Shown here: in pieces, positions 1 to 9,124 of the stretch
How positions within the stretch are numbered: position 1 is the first letter of the stretch
How the letters are laid out: every line of letters begins with the position of its first letter
NCBI GenBank assembly: GCA_965223545.1
Contig: OZ245006.1
Location: 7,264,001 to 7,328,000, forward strand
From: Planctomycetota bacterium
GTDB lineage: Bacteria > Planctomycetota > UBA1135 > UBA2386
Direction of reading: 5' to 3'
DNA: 64,000 nucleotides
The notes under the pieces: generated by a model
What the model saw: only the letters and a program-made list of their open reading frames with translations
The model's database searches: none
Told to the model about the DNA's origin: nothing
Translations under genes and position numbers: made by a program

Positions 1-457
1 CGGCAACCAGGCGCCGGCGATGTGGCTCGGCAACCGCGGTCACGGTTGGATCGACGAAGGCGTGGCGCACTGGTTCGAGGACCGGCTCACCGGCAAGTGC
101 CTCACGTATTGCTACGAGGAGATCGCGTTCGTTCCGGGCCCATTCAAGGGCGGGCGTTGGCGGGTGCCGGTGCGGCAGTTCGTCGAACGCCGGGCGCTGC
201 GGCCGTTTGCCGTCGTCGTGCGCAAGAACACCGACGAGCTCGACGCGCAGGACCGGGCCCAGGCGTTCGCCTACGTCGACTTCTTGATCGACCACTGCGG
301 TGGGCGCAGGCTCGCGGCCCTGATCCGGGCGCTCAAGCGCAAGCAGCCGCTGCACGAGGCCTTGGCGGAGACCTGCGGCCTCAAGATGCTACATTTCGAC
401 GAGATGTTCGCAGAATGGGTACGGGCGCACTATCCGGTGCGGGAGGAGCGGCGGTGA
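1..457 (+). CDS. Partial (5'-truncated) hypothetical protein, peptidase MA/gluzincin-like
   Basis: Frame appears open from the window start; contains WIDEGVAHWFE, resembling the W-x-x-E-G-x-A-x-x-x-E third-ligand motif; stop overlaps the next GTG start (GTGA). Confidence 0.55.
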   Translation, partial: GNQAPAMWLGNRGHGWIDEGVAHWFEDRLTGKCLTYCYEEIAFVPGPFKGGRWRVPVRQFVERRALRPFAVVVRKNTDELDAQDRAQAFAYVDFLIDHCGGRRLAALIRALKRKQPLHEALAETCGLKMLHFDEMFAEWVRAHYPVREERR

Positions 458-1986
458 GGTGGCAGGGACGCAGTCGAGGGCGCGCGATCGCGGCGCTGGC
501 ATCGCTCGTGGGACTGGTCGCCGCCGACCTGGCCGCGCAGCCGCAGCGGGACCGCCGCGTGTTCGCGCACGTGATGCAGCTGCGCCACCGCGTCTGGGCC
601 GAGGCGCGCGGCGCCGATGCCGAGATCCGCGCCGCGGTCGCGCGGCTGCTGGCCGAGGATCGCTCCGGCAACCCGCTGCTGCCACTGCGTCGTGCGCAGG
701 CATTGCTGCGCGGCGTCGACGCCGACGCGGCGTTTCTGTGGCGTGGTGGCCTGCTGCTGCTGGCGACGCCGGAGGTGCCCGACGCGACTCCCGACGATCC
801 CGCGGAAGCGATGCCGCACTTTCCCGACGTCCACCTGACGATGCACTTGCCGTTTCCGATTGCCGAGGTCGGCGCCATGCGCTTCGACCTGCGCGTCCTC
901 GACGCGGAGGGTGAAGAGCGCTGGCGAGGCCAGCTGGCGGCGGATGCGGTCACCGACCTGCGGCAGTTCTCGACGACGACGACGGCGCCGTTGGCGGAGC
1001 TCGAGGACGGCAGCTACCGGGTCGCGGTGGACGCGTTCACTGGCGACGAAGGACCGCGGCCGGGCGATCCGGTGGCGACCGCCGAGTTCCACGTCAAGCG
1101 CGGCTTCCCCGAGGCGGCACTGGCGTTGCAGCGGCGGTTCGAAGCCTTGTCCGTCGACGATCGCAGCGCGCGGTTGCTGCGCGGCGCGCTCGCCGGCCTG
1201 TCGCGGGTCTTCTACGGCGAGCCCGCCGCCGGCCGCAGCCGCCCGCTCGACGAGCTGGCACGCGCCGAGGCGATGCTCGACAACGCCGAACGTGGCCGGC
1301 CGGTTCTCGACGGCCTGCGCGGCTGGGTCACGGTGGCGGTGCGCACGGGCGACGACGAGACCGGTCAACTCGCGCTGCGTTTACCGGCCGACGACACGCC
1401 GCGCCCGCTGGTGTTGTTCGTTCCCGGCACCCCGGCGTGGGACCCGCACTGGCGGCGGCCGACGTCGCCGCGCAGCACTGCGCCACAGTGGTTGGCGGAG
1501 GTGCTCGAAGCGGCCGAGTTCGACGCCGAGGGCGAGTGGCACCTGGCGGTGCTGCAGTCACCGGGCGACTTCGCCAGCGCTCCGGGTGCGATCACCGAGG
1601 CGGTGGCCGAGCTGCGCGCGCTGCTGCCGGTTGCCGGCGGCGTGGTCCTCGCCGGCGAGCGCGACGGGGCGGTGGCGTTGTCCCTGGCGATGACGCGCGC
1701 GCCCGAGCTCGCCCGCGCGGTGGTCCTCGCCGGGGGCGGCGGCCTGCCCGTCGACCTGCCCGAGTCGGTGGCGCGCACGTCCTGGCTGCTGCTCGAGGCG
1801 GTGGGCGAGAGCGGCAACGAGAACCTGCAGCGCGCCGCCAAGTACCTGAGCGACGCCGGCGCTGAAGTGAGGCTGGAGGCGGCCGGTGCACGACCCTGGG
1901 CGTGGCCCCTGGCACACTCGCTGGCCGAGATCGCGGCCTTCACTTCTGCGGCGTTGGCCGCGCCAGCACGATCCACTGGTCGCTGA
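454..1986 (+). CDS. Secreted hypothetical protein with C-terminal alpha/beta-hydrolase-like domain
   Basis: GTG at 454 overlapping the upstream stop, GGAGGA RBS at 442; signal-peptide-like N-terminus; PRPLVLFVPG...VVLAGERDGA hydrolase-fold pattern. Confidence 0.6.
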   Translation: MRWQGRSRGRAIAALASLVGLVAADLAAQPQRDRRVFAHVMQLRHRVWAEARGADAEIRAAVARLLAEDRSGNPLLPLRRAQALLRGVDADAAFLWRGGLLLLATPEVPDATPDDPAEAMPHFPDVHLTMHLPFPIAEVGAMRFDLRVLDAEGEERWRGQLAADAVTDLRQFSTTTTAPLAELEDGSYRVAVDAFTGDEGPRPGDPVATAEFHVKRGFPEAALALQRRFEALSVDDRSARLLRGALAGLSRVFYGEPAAGRSRPLDELARAEAMLDNAERGRPVLDGLRGWVTVAVRTGDDETGQLALRLPADDTPRPLVLFVPGTPAWDPHWRRPTSPRSTAPQWLAEVLEAAEFDAEGEWHLAVLQSPGDFASAPGAITEAVAELRALLPVAGGVVLAGERDGAVALSLAMTRAPELARAVVLAGGGGLPVDLPESVARTSWLLLEAVGESGNENLQRAAKYLSDAGAEVRLEAAGARPWAWPLAHSLAEIAAFTSAALAAPARSTGR

Positions 1987-2566
1987 CGAAGCGGCACAAC
2001 GGTCGCTCGATGACGGGCGCGAGGCCGGCTGCGGCGAGGTCTCGGTGCAGCTGGCGGCGGGTGATGGCGCAGCGGCCGCTGCGGCGCTTGCCCAGCCGGC
2101 GCGCGGCGAGCCTTCGCCAGTGCTGCAGACTGACGCTGTGGAAGAACGACAGCAGCACCGCGTCGCGCGCCACGCGGCGCAACTCGCACAGCACGGCGAC
2201 GCGCTCCTCTGCCGCCGGCAGGTGGTGCAGCAGGCGCATGCAGAGCGCGCCGGCGAACGCGTCGTCGGCGAACGGCAGCGCCAGGGCCGACGCGCGCGCG
2301 CGGGCCATGCCGTGCTGCGGGCACGCGCGCAGCATGGCCGCATCTCGATCGACCTGGACCACGGGGCCGGGCAGCAGATCGCTCAGTCGGCCGGCGCCGG
2401 ACGGCACATCCAGCCAGGGACCATCCCCGTCCACGGTGCGCAGCAAGGCGCGCAGCGCGGCGGTCTCGCGCCGGTGGGTCGCGGGGCCGGCGCCGACGGT
2501 GAAGCGCCGGTCGCGGTAGCGCTCGGCGTAGCCGGGCTCGCGCAGGTATGGAGTCTCGACCACCAT
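1940..2566 (-). CDS. Class I SAM-dependent methyltransferase
   Basis: WLDVPSGAGR motif I, ALPFADDAF, RLLHHLP. Confidence 0.85.
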   Translation of the reverse strand: MVVETPYLREPGYAERYRDRRFTVGAGPATHRRETAALRALLRTVDGDGPWLDVPSGAGRLSDLLPGPVVQVDRDAAMLRACPQHGMARARASALALPFADDAFAGALCMRLLHHLPAAEERVAVLCELRRVARDAVLLSFFHSVSLQHWRRLAARRLGKRRSGRCAITRRQLHRDLAAAGLAPVIERPLCRFVSDQWIVLARPTPQK

Positions 2567-2592
2567 GCCGGAGTGCAACAGCGTAGCCGCTG

Positions 2593-3429
2593 TCAGTCGC
2601 CGCGCGCCGCAGACTCTGTCGATGACCACTCATCGAGCAGCGTCGCCAGCCACGGCCAGACGCCACGGAAGTGCGCGACGTGGTGGGCCGCGTCCTCGCC
2701 GCCGTAACCGCGCACCTCGAGTCCGCCGCGGACCGCGCGGCTGCGGCGCGGCAGGCCGTCGCCGTCCTCGCCGCGCCAGGGCCCGCGTGCCACTCCGGTC
2801 GCCGCGAGAACCGCATCTGCGCAGGCCGTCGTGCTGGCGTAGGTGCGCGGGTCGATCGCGCTGTGGCTGATCCAGAGCCGGCCGGTGCCGGCGGCTGCGC
2901 GCCGGGCATAGGCGCAGAACGGCGCCATCTGTGCCGGGTCGGGATGGCCTTCGACCAACCCTGCGTGCAGACCGTCCGCCAGCAGGATTGCCGCGGGCGG
3001 CGGTGTGCGCGGGTCGCGCAGTACCGCGCGGACGCCGCCATATCCGGCGGAGAACGCGGTCAGAACCACGCGGCGCAGCGGCAGGCGACGGCCGGTGGCG
3101 CGCTGCACTGCGGCGCGGGCCTGTTTGCACAGGGCGGCGAATGCGCCGGGAGTCGCAAACCGGCGCTCGTAGACGCTGGACAGCCCGTCGCGGTGCAACG
3201 CCACCAGCACCGCGTCGTCGCGCTCCATGCCGGTGAACGCCGACGCGGCGCGCGCGCGGTCGCCGTGCAGGTGCACGACGAGCACCGGGTCGCGGTCGGG
3301 ATCGAGCGCGGGGATGGTCAGGGTCGCGTCGTCGGCGAGCACCAGGGCGGTCGGTCGCGTCGCGGCTGGCTCGGCCGCGGGGGAGACCAGCGGTGGGGCA
3401 GAGCACGCGCCGAGCAGAAGCAAGGGCAT
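2593..3429 (-). CDS. Putative lipoprotein, alpha/beta-hydrolase fold
   Basis: LLLGAC lipobox-like start; VVHLHG and AFSAGYG nucleophile-elbow-like motif. Confidence 0.6.
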   Translation of the reverse strand: MPLLLLGACSAPPLVSPAAEPAATRPTALVLADDATLTIPALDPDRDPVLVVHLHGDRARAASAFTGMERDDAVLVALHRDGLSSVYERRFATPGAFAALCKQARAAVQRATGRRLPLRRVVLTAFSAGYGGVRAVLRDPRTPPPAAILLADGLHAGLVEGHPDPAQMAPFCAYARRAAAGTGRLWISHSAIDPRTYASTTACADAVLAATGVARGPWRGEDGDGLPRRSRAVRGGLEVRGYGGEDAAHHVAHFRGVWPWLATLLDEWSSTESAARGD

Positions 3430-3554
3430 GGCCCGATGGGGTGGGCGAGTCGCGCTCCGTCTGGGCACGGCGCCAGCATACGTCAAGCCGCGCGGCCGCG
3501 AGTGCCGAAGAAACCGACGGTCTGCTCCCGTTGCCGAAGTTCAAGGACGTCCGC

Positions 3555-3830
3555 ATGAACCACGATTCCTCCGACACCACCGTCCACGACCGCCGCGATC
3601 AGGCGCGCGCGGTGCATGAAGGCGACGTCGCCGTCGAGTTCGTCCCGCAGACCCTCGTCGGGCCGGGCCAGAACATCTCCGACGAGGGCGTGTTCTTCGT
3701 CGCCGACGGCGCCCTCACCGTGCGCGTCGACGTCGGCGACGGCACCCAGCGCGAGGCCGAGATCGTCCGCGTCCAGTCGATGGGCGAGGGTCGGGTCGGC
3801 GTCGCCGTGCGCTTCCGCGGCGGCAGCTGA
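3555..3830 (+). CDS. PilZ domain protein (c-di-GMP receptor)
   Basis: RxxxR (RRDQAR) and NISDEG (D/N-x-S-x-x-G) motifs, terminal GVAVRF. Confidence 0.75.
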   Translation: MNHDSSDTTVHDRRDQARAVHEGDVAVEFVPQTLVGPGQNISDEGVFFVADGALTVRVDVGDGTQREAEIVRVQSMGEGRVGVAVRFRGGS

Positions 3831-3868
3831 GGCGCCGCGGCGCGGCGGCGGCTATCATTGCGCCGCCG

Positions 3869-4378
3869 ATGGGTGATCTGCGCGACCAGCTGAAGAAGGC
3901 CAAGCTGCTGTCCAAGAAGGACGCCAAGCGCTTGGCGCACGAAGAGCGCGTGCACCGCAGCCAGGTCGGTCGCGAGGGCCTCGAGCGGGAGCAGGCCGAG
4001 CGCCGCGCCGCGATCGAGCAGCAGCGCAGCGAGCAACGCCAGCACACCGCCGAGGTGCAGGCCGAGCTCGATGCGGCCCGCCGTGCCGCCGCCGAGCGCG
4101 CGGCTTGCGAGGACATCCTGGCCCGCGAGGTGGTACAGCCGCATGCGCGTGGCGGGCGGCGCTGGTACTTCGAAGTCGAGGACGGCAGCTTGCCGTGGCT
4201 CGAGATCGACGAGGCGCTGCACTTCCAGCTGCAATCGGGCCACTACTGGGTGGTGCGCACGGGCGCCCCCGGCAGTCACGTGTACGGCCTGCTCGAGGCC
4301 GAGCAGGCGCGGCGGGTGTTTGCCGCGATCCCCGATGTGGTGGTGTGGGCCCCCGGCGGGGTGCCTCAAGCGGGCTGA
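3869..4378 (+). CDS. DUF2058 (YaiL-like) family protein
   Basis: N-terminal LRDQLKKAKL followed by a coiled-coil. Confidence 0.65.
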   Translation: MGDLRDQLKKAKLLSKKDAKRLAHEERVHRSQVGREGLEREQAERRAAIEQQRSEQRQHTAEVQAELDAARRAAAERAACEDILAREVVQPHARGGRRWYFEVEDGSLPWLEIDEALHFQLQSGHYWVVRTGAPGSHVYGLLEAEQARRVFAAIPDVVVWAPGGVPQAG

Positions 4379-4468
4379 CCGGCGCCGGGGAGCGCCGATT
4401 TCTCGACCCGGCCCGGCCCTCGCGGTCACAGTGGTGGTGTGAGACCCTCACCGGTCGCCGGTCCCGCG

Positions 4469-4972
4469 ATGCGCCGCCCGCGGGATCCCGATGCCGCGCG
4501 CCGCGCGCTGGATCAGGTTTGGCGCTATCTGCGCGTCCTGGGGGCGGACGCGGACGAGGCCGAGGAGCTGGCGCAGGATGCGTTCGTCGCCCTGCTCCAG
4601 GTCGAACGCGAGCATCCTCGCGAGACCCCGCTGGGATGGCTCCGCGCCACGGCGCGGCGCATGTGGTGGGCGCGCTGCCGCGCTGACGACCGGCGTCGCC
4701 GCGCGCTGCAGATGGTGGGGGATGCCATCGAGACGGCCTGGGCCGAGTACGAGGGCGACGACGATGGCGACGGCTACCGCGACGCGCTCGGTCTGTGTCT
4801 GTCCGCGCTGTCGGCGGACGATCGGGTCGCGATCGAGGCGTGCTACCGCGACGGCCGGCCGCGCGCGGAGGTGGCGGCCGCGCTCGGCCTGGGCCCGGAG
4901 GCGTTGAAGAGCCGGTTGCGGCGCTGCAAGCAGCGGCTGCGGAAGTGCATCGAACGGAGGCTTAGCCGATGA
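4469..4972 (+). CDS. ECF RNA polymerase sigma factor
   Basis: EAEELAQDAF region 2, WLRATARR, region 4 HTH EVAAALGLGPEALKSRLRR. Confidence 0.85.
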   Translation: MRRPRDPDAARRALDQVWRYLRVLGADADEAEELAQDAFVALLQVEREHPRETPLGWLRATARRMWWARCRADDRRRRALQMVGDAIETAWAEYEGDDDGDGYRDALGLCLSALSADDRVAIEACYRDGRPRAEVAAALGLGPEALKSRLRRCKQRLRKCIERRLSR

Positions 4973-6624
4973 CCGAGTCGATCGAGAGGGCGCGGGAGGC
5001 CGTGCTCGAGATGGCGCTGGACGAGGCGGTGGGAAACCGGCGGCCGCCGGTCGAGTGGCCCGTGCTGCGGCAACGCGTGCCGCCGCGTGCACTGTCCCGC
5101 CCGCGACCCTGGCTTTGGGCCGCTGCCGTGCTCGTGATCGGCGGCGCCGTGTTGCTGGCCGTGCATGGCTTGACGGGTCCCGGGCCCCGCGAGGCCACCC
5201 TGCCCGCCGAGCGCCGCCCTTTGGATGCGCCGGCATCGCTCGACGAGGTGCGGCAATGGTTGGCGGTCGCGCCGATCGAGGTTGCGACGCTCACGCCGGT
5301 CTCGCTCTACGACGCGGCCGCACAACGCAGCGTGTCGCTGCGTCCGTTGCCGCTCGAGGGGTTGTTCCGCTACGACACGTCGGAGGCTCTCGACGACGAC
5401 CTCCGCCGCCAGCTGCGTGTCGCGCTGCGCGACGCCCGGCAGTCGACCGCCGCGTTCGCGGCGGCTCCCGGTGAGCACGAGCTCGTGCTGCACCTCGGTG
5501 CGGCGCCGGGCGGTGAATCGCGCCGCCTGCTCCTCCGCCTGCGCGGTGGGGCGCGCGAGCCGCACCAAGCAGAGCGCACCCTGCACGCAGCGGTGGTCGG
5601 CAAACGTGCCGACTGGGTCGTGGGGCTGCCGGCACCGCTGCGGCGCGAGCTGCTCTTGGTGTGCGATGCAGTGACGCGCGCGGTGGTGCAGGGGCGGGGG
5701 ATCGTGTTCGGCGGTGACGCCTTGGCGGCCCTGCCGGCGGACACGACCCGGCTCGCGGTCCACCGTGTGCCGGCCAGCGGTGCGTTGCAGCTCGAACGCT
5801 TGAGCGCGCTCACCCACCTCGACCTGCGCGGCAGCCCGGCATTGCACCACGCGACCGCGTTGGGCCGCCTCCGCGCTTGTAAGGACCTGGCTTCGCTGAC
5901 GCTCGATGGGCGCCACCTCGACCAAGCCGCGATCCAGGTGTTGGGTGGCCTGCATCCGCTGCGCGAGCTGTTTCTGATCTCGGTCGAGGACGATCTCGCT
6001 CGGCTGTTGGCCGAGATGAGGATGGCTCCGGCCGACGTGCAGGTCGACGACACGGCGGCTGCGGTGCTGGCGCGGCTGCGCGGCCTGCGCGAGCTGGTCG
6101 TCAGCGGCCCGCGGTTGACCGACGCCGGGCTCGCCCAACTCGCCCGCCTGCGAGAGTTGCGCAGCCTCGCGCTGGTGAACGCCGATGAGGTGCGCGGCAC
6201 CGGCATGCACGCGTTCGCCGGCCACCCGGCGCTGCGGTCGGTGTGGCTCGCCGGCGAGCAGCTCGAGTTGCCCGCGCTCGCGGCGGCGCTCGCGAACACC
6301 GAGGTCGACACGTTGGTCTGCACGCTCGATCCGCGGAGCGATGCAGTGGCGCTTCCCCTGTTGGCGCACTGCCCTGGGTTGAGCGAGCTGACCTTGGACG
6401 CCTGCGGTAGAGAGGCGTCCGCCGCGGAGTGGCGGATGCTGTTCGAGGGACTGCGTGCCTCGAGGGTCGAGAAGCTCGGTTTGCTGCGCGCCGGCGTCAC
6501 CGACCGCGACCTCGACGTGCTCCGGTCGCTGCCCGCGCTCGAGTCCGTCGATCTCGTCGATTGCCCTCGGCTCACAGCTGGGGTGGAGCAGCGGTTGGCG
6601 CCGCTGCGCATCGATCGCTGGTGA
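4969..6624 (+). CDS. Membrane-anchored leucine-rich-repeat protein, candidate anti-sigma factor
   Basis: ATGA overlap with the sigma gene; one TM (WLWAAAVLVIGGAVLLAV); LRR units such as LTHLDLRGS, LRELVVSGPRLTDAGLAQLARL. Confidence 0.7.
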   Translation: MTESIERAREAVLEMALDEAVGNRRPPVEWPVLRQRVPPRALSRPRPWLWAAAVLVIGGAVLLAVHGLTGPGPREATLPAERRPLDAPASLDEVRQWLAVAPIEVATLTPVSLYDAAAQRSVSLRPLPLEGLFRYDTSEALDDDLRRQLRVALRDARQSTAAFAAAPGEHELVLHLGAAPGGESRRLLLRLRGGAREPHQAERTLHAAVVGKRADWVVGLPAPLRRELLLVCDAVTRAVVQGRGIVFGGDALAALPADTTRLAVHRVPASGALQLERLSALTHLDLRGSPALHHATALGRLRACKDLASLTLDGRHLDQAAIQVLGGLHPLRELFLISVEDDLARLLAEMRMAPADVQVDDTAAAVLARLRGLRELVVSGPRLTDAGLAQLARLRELRSLALVNADEVRGTGMHAFAGHPALRSVWLAGEQLELPALAAALANTEVDTLVCTLDPRSDAVALPLLAHCPGLSELTLDACGREASAAEWRMLFEGLRASRVEKLGLLRAGVTDRDLDVLRSLPALESVDLVDCPRLTAGVEQRLAPLRIDRW

Positions 6625-6726
6625 GGTTCGCCGCACGCCTCGAGCGTTGCCGTGGGATGAAGTTTGTTGGCCGGTTTCGCAGGCGCCTTGCGCACCCATG
6701 AGCAGAACCGTCTACGGCACGCCATC

Positions 6727-6969
6727 ATGACCGCAGCCCACGAACCCTCGACTCCAGATCGGGTCTACGACGCCGGCGACACCCTCTGTGGCGAGCTCGC
6801 GCTGACGCTGCGCTCCGAGCTGCGGGCGATGGCCCCGGGCGCAGTGCTCGAGGTGATCGCCAGGGATTCCGCTGCTCGACAGGATCTTCCCGCGTGGTGC
6901 GAGATCACGGGCCACACCCTGATGCGCGCGGACCACCCACACTACTGGATTCGGCGCAAAGCCGACTGA
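6727..6969 (+). CDS. TusA/SirA family sulfur carrier protein
   Basis: DAGDTLCG, GAVLEVIARD, DLPAWCEITGH. Confidence 0.85.
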   Translation: MTAAHEPSTPDRVYDAGDTLCGELALTLRSELRAMAPGAVLEVIARDSAARQDLPAWCEITGHTLMRADHPHYWIRRKAD

Positions 6970-6984
6970 CCCACCCAAAGGCCG

Positions 6985-7344
6985 ATGAGCAAGTTCGTTG
7001 TCTCTCTCTCGCGCGGCAAGGAAGACCCGGACCGGGCCACCGTCGCCTTCACCTTGGCGAACGCCGCTGTCGGCTGCGAACAGGAGACCGTGGTGTTCCT
7101 CAGCAGCGAGGGTGTGCGGCTGGCGATCGAGGGCTACGCCGATGACGTGGCCGAGACCGGCTTCACGCCGCTTGCGGAGCTGATGCGCAAGTTCGTCGAG
7201 GGCGGTGGCCAGCTCTACACGTGCTTGCCGTGCTTCAACAAGCGCGGTCTCGACGAGAACGCCGTCGTGCCGGGCACGGTGATCGTCGGCGGCGCCAAGC
7301 TGGTTGCGTTCATGGCCAGCGGCGCGCCGAGCGTGAGCTACTGA
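6985..7344 (+). CDS. DsrE/DsrF-like family protein
   Basis: VFLSSEGVRLA, YTCLPCFNKRG. Confidence 0.85.
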   Translation: MSKFVVSLSRGKEDPDRATVAFTLANAAVGCEQETVVFLSSEGVRLAIEGYADDVAETGFTPLAELMRKFVEGGGQLYTCLPCFNKRGLDENAVVPGTVIVGGAKLVAFMASGAPSVSY

Positions 7345-7523
7345 GCGTCCGGGGCCGCAAATCTTCGCGCGGCGACAACCTTTCGGAAGGCTCGATGCCG
7401 CTGGCACTTCGACAACGCAGCTCCCGGAGGCTCGAAGACAACACCGGCGTCTGCGCTCAGCGCGGCCGCCCGGGACCGCTGGAATCGCAGGCTCCGCTAC
7501 TCTCGCGGCGCGCTCGGCCTTTG
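7341..7523 (-). repeat. Dispersed intergenic repeat copy A (interrupted by IS110; its 5' GGCCGCAAC lies at 9464-9472)
   Basis: By-eye alignment: ~61/75 identity to 18450-18524 and ~53/77 ungapped identity to 23337-23413. Confidence 0.75.
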
Positions 7524-7538
7524 ATATCTCCTAAGTCA

Positions 7539-7544
7539 TGTCAA
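7539..7544 (-). promoter_or_regulatory. Outward -35 box of the IS110 circle-junction promoter
   Basis: Perfect TTGACA 15 nt from the element end; joining the ends gives a 17-nt spacer to TATGTG (9461-9456) preceded by TGG. Confidence 0.6.
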
Positions 7545-7586
7545 GGGGTTTTCGCTGGGGCTCGACATCGCGTGTGCACGGCTTGT

Positions 7587-9089
7587 TCAGGACTCTTCCA
7601 CAAGACCAGGGAAGTGTTCTTGCATGAGATCACCGATCGGGTGAGGTTGACGTGGGGATTCCACGGCCAGGCCTGTGGCGTCCATTGGGCGGCCACTCAA
7701 GTCCCTCGTCGTCGGAGTCCCCACTCGTCCCTGTCGCCGTTGGTCGCGCTCATGCCGCTGTGGCGCGACGATGCTGCGCGTGAACTTGGCTGCGATGAGC
7801 GCGCGCGCGGCAACCTTCGTGAGCTCGTTGCCGTCGGCGTCTCGCAGGACGTAGCGGACTTGCGTCGACGCCGGCTTGTCATCGGCGCGCTGGCTGTCGC
7901 GACGCTTCAGGAGGGCGTAGACGCGGCGCGCCATCTTGCCAGCCAATGCGATGAGGATGAGGTTGTGGTGATCACCTGCGGCGTAGCGGCGAGCGTAGTA
8001 CGCCGCGAAATCCGGATCCCACTGGCGAGCGACGTCAGCTGCTAGGTAGAGGTACTTCTTGAGTACTCGTTGGCCGGTTTTGGTGATTGGCATCGAGGGG
8101 TCGCTCATGCCCGTCTGCTTCCGGCGTGGACACAGTCCGCAGTAGCTCACGAACTTCTTGCCGTTCGAGAACCGCGCGATGTCGCCTACCAAGGCTTCGA
8201 TGGCCGCAGCGATCGTGGGACCGACGCCGCGCAGTTGCTCGAGTGTTCGGTCAGGATCGACGCCCAGGTAGAGCTTCTTGATCTTTGCGTCGAGCTTGCG
8301 AACGTCCGTGTTCTTGCGCTCGATCTCATCCAGCTCGTACACCACATCCTCTTGGATGGCCTCGTAGTCGAACGGCATCTGCCCCGCAGCTCGCAGCTCA
8401 GCGTAGTACTCGGCGGCCTGTCGGCAGGACTCGAGCACGCGGTCGACCAAGCACGGGTCATGCGTTCCCTTGGATCGCTTCGTCAAGAAGCGCTCCAAGC
8501 GACTCTTCCCAAGGCCGACCGCTTTCACCGGATCGACGTAGCGCCGCAGAAACCCCATCTTAGCGGCACTGAACTTCTCTGCCCCCAAGGCCTTCATGAG
8601 GCTGGGATTCGCCAGTACCAGTATCGCGTGCACACGACGCTTGTGGTCGCTGAGCTCGCGCGCCAACCGCTCACGCCGCTTCACGAGTCGACGGATCGTC
8701 GTCTCGTCGGCAGTTGGAACACGCAGCTGGTGGACGCCCTTTGGATCCATCTGCGGCAGACGCGCAGCGGCCTCGGCGTCTACTACGTCGGTTTTGGTGT
8801 GCTTGCTATAGAACTTCCGCAGGTCGCTCAGCTTCTGTGGTTTGCTCACGTAGATCTGGAACCCTGCGGCGTTCACGTGCGCCGCGATGGGCAGCCACGC
8901 CAACCCCGTTGGTTCCATCACGAAGCTCACCGGACCCTCGGCACCTTCCTGTGCACGGCGCAGCAGAAGGTCAATACCCTCACGGCTGTTCTCGACTGAA
9001 AACGGTCTGCCCCGAGACTTCGCACCATCCAGAACGACGGCTCGGTGCTTGCTCCTCAAGCCGAGATCCAATCCAACGAATCGATTCAT
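7587..9089 (-). CDS. IS110 family DEDD recombinase/transposase
   Basis: VGLDLG, VMEPTG, KTDVVDA (RuvC-like DEDD); LRGVGP, SYCGLCP..QTG, ITKTG in the Tnp domain; GGAGG RBS. Confidence 0.95.
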   Translation of the reverse strand: MNRFVGLDLGLRSKHRAVVLDGAKSRGRPFSVENSREGIDLLLRRAQEGAEGPVSFVMEPTGLAWLPIAAHVNAAGFQIYVSKPQKLSDLRKFYSKHTKTDVVDAEAAARLPQMDPKGVHQLRVPTADETTIRRLVKRRERLARELSDHKRRVHAILVLANPSLMKALGAEKFSAAKMGFLRRYVDPVKAVGLGKSRLERFLTKRSKGTHDPCLVDRVLESCRQAAEYYAELRAAGQMPFDYEAIQEDVVYELDEIERKNTDVRKLDAKIKKLYLGVDPDRTLEQLRGVGPTIAAAIEALVGDIARFSNGKKFVSYCGLCPRRKQTGMSDPSMPITKTGQRVLKKYLYLAADVARQWDPDFAAYYARRYAAGDHHNLILIALAGKMARRVYALLKRRDSQRADDKPASTQVRYVLRDADGNELTKVAARALIAAKFTRSIVAPQRHERDQRRQGRVGTPTTRDLSGRPMDATGLAVESPRQPHPIGDLMQEHFPGLVEES

Positions 9090-9124
9090 GTCCCCTCCAT
9101 GTTCAACGAGTGAGTGTCGACGAG

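Noticed and set aside
22..453. N-terminal 144 aa of the 654-aa ORF
   Set aside because: Arg-rich shadow frame over the upstream gene; real start is GTG 454 with an RBS
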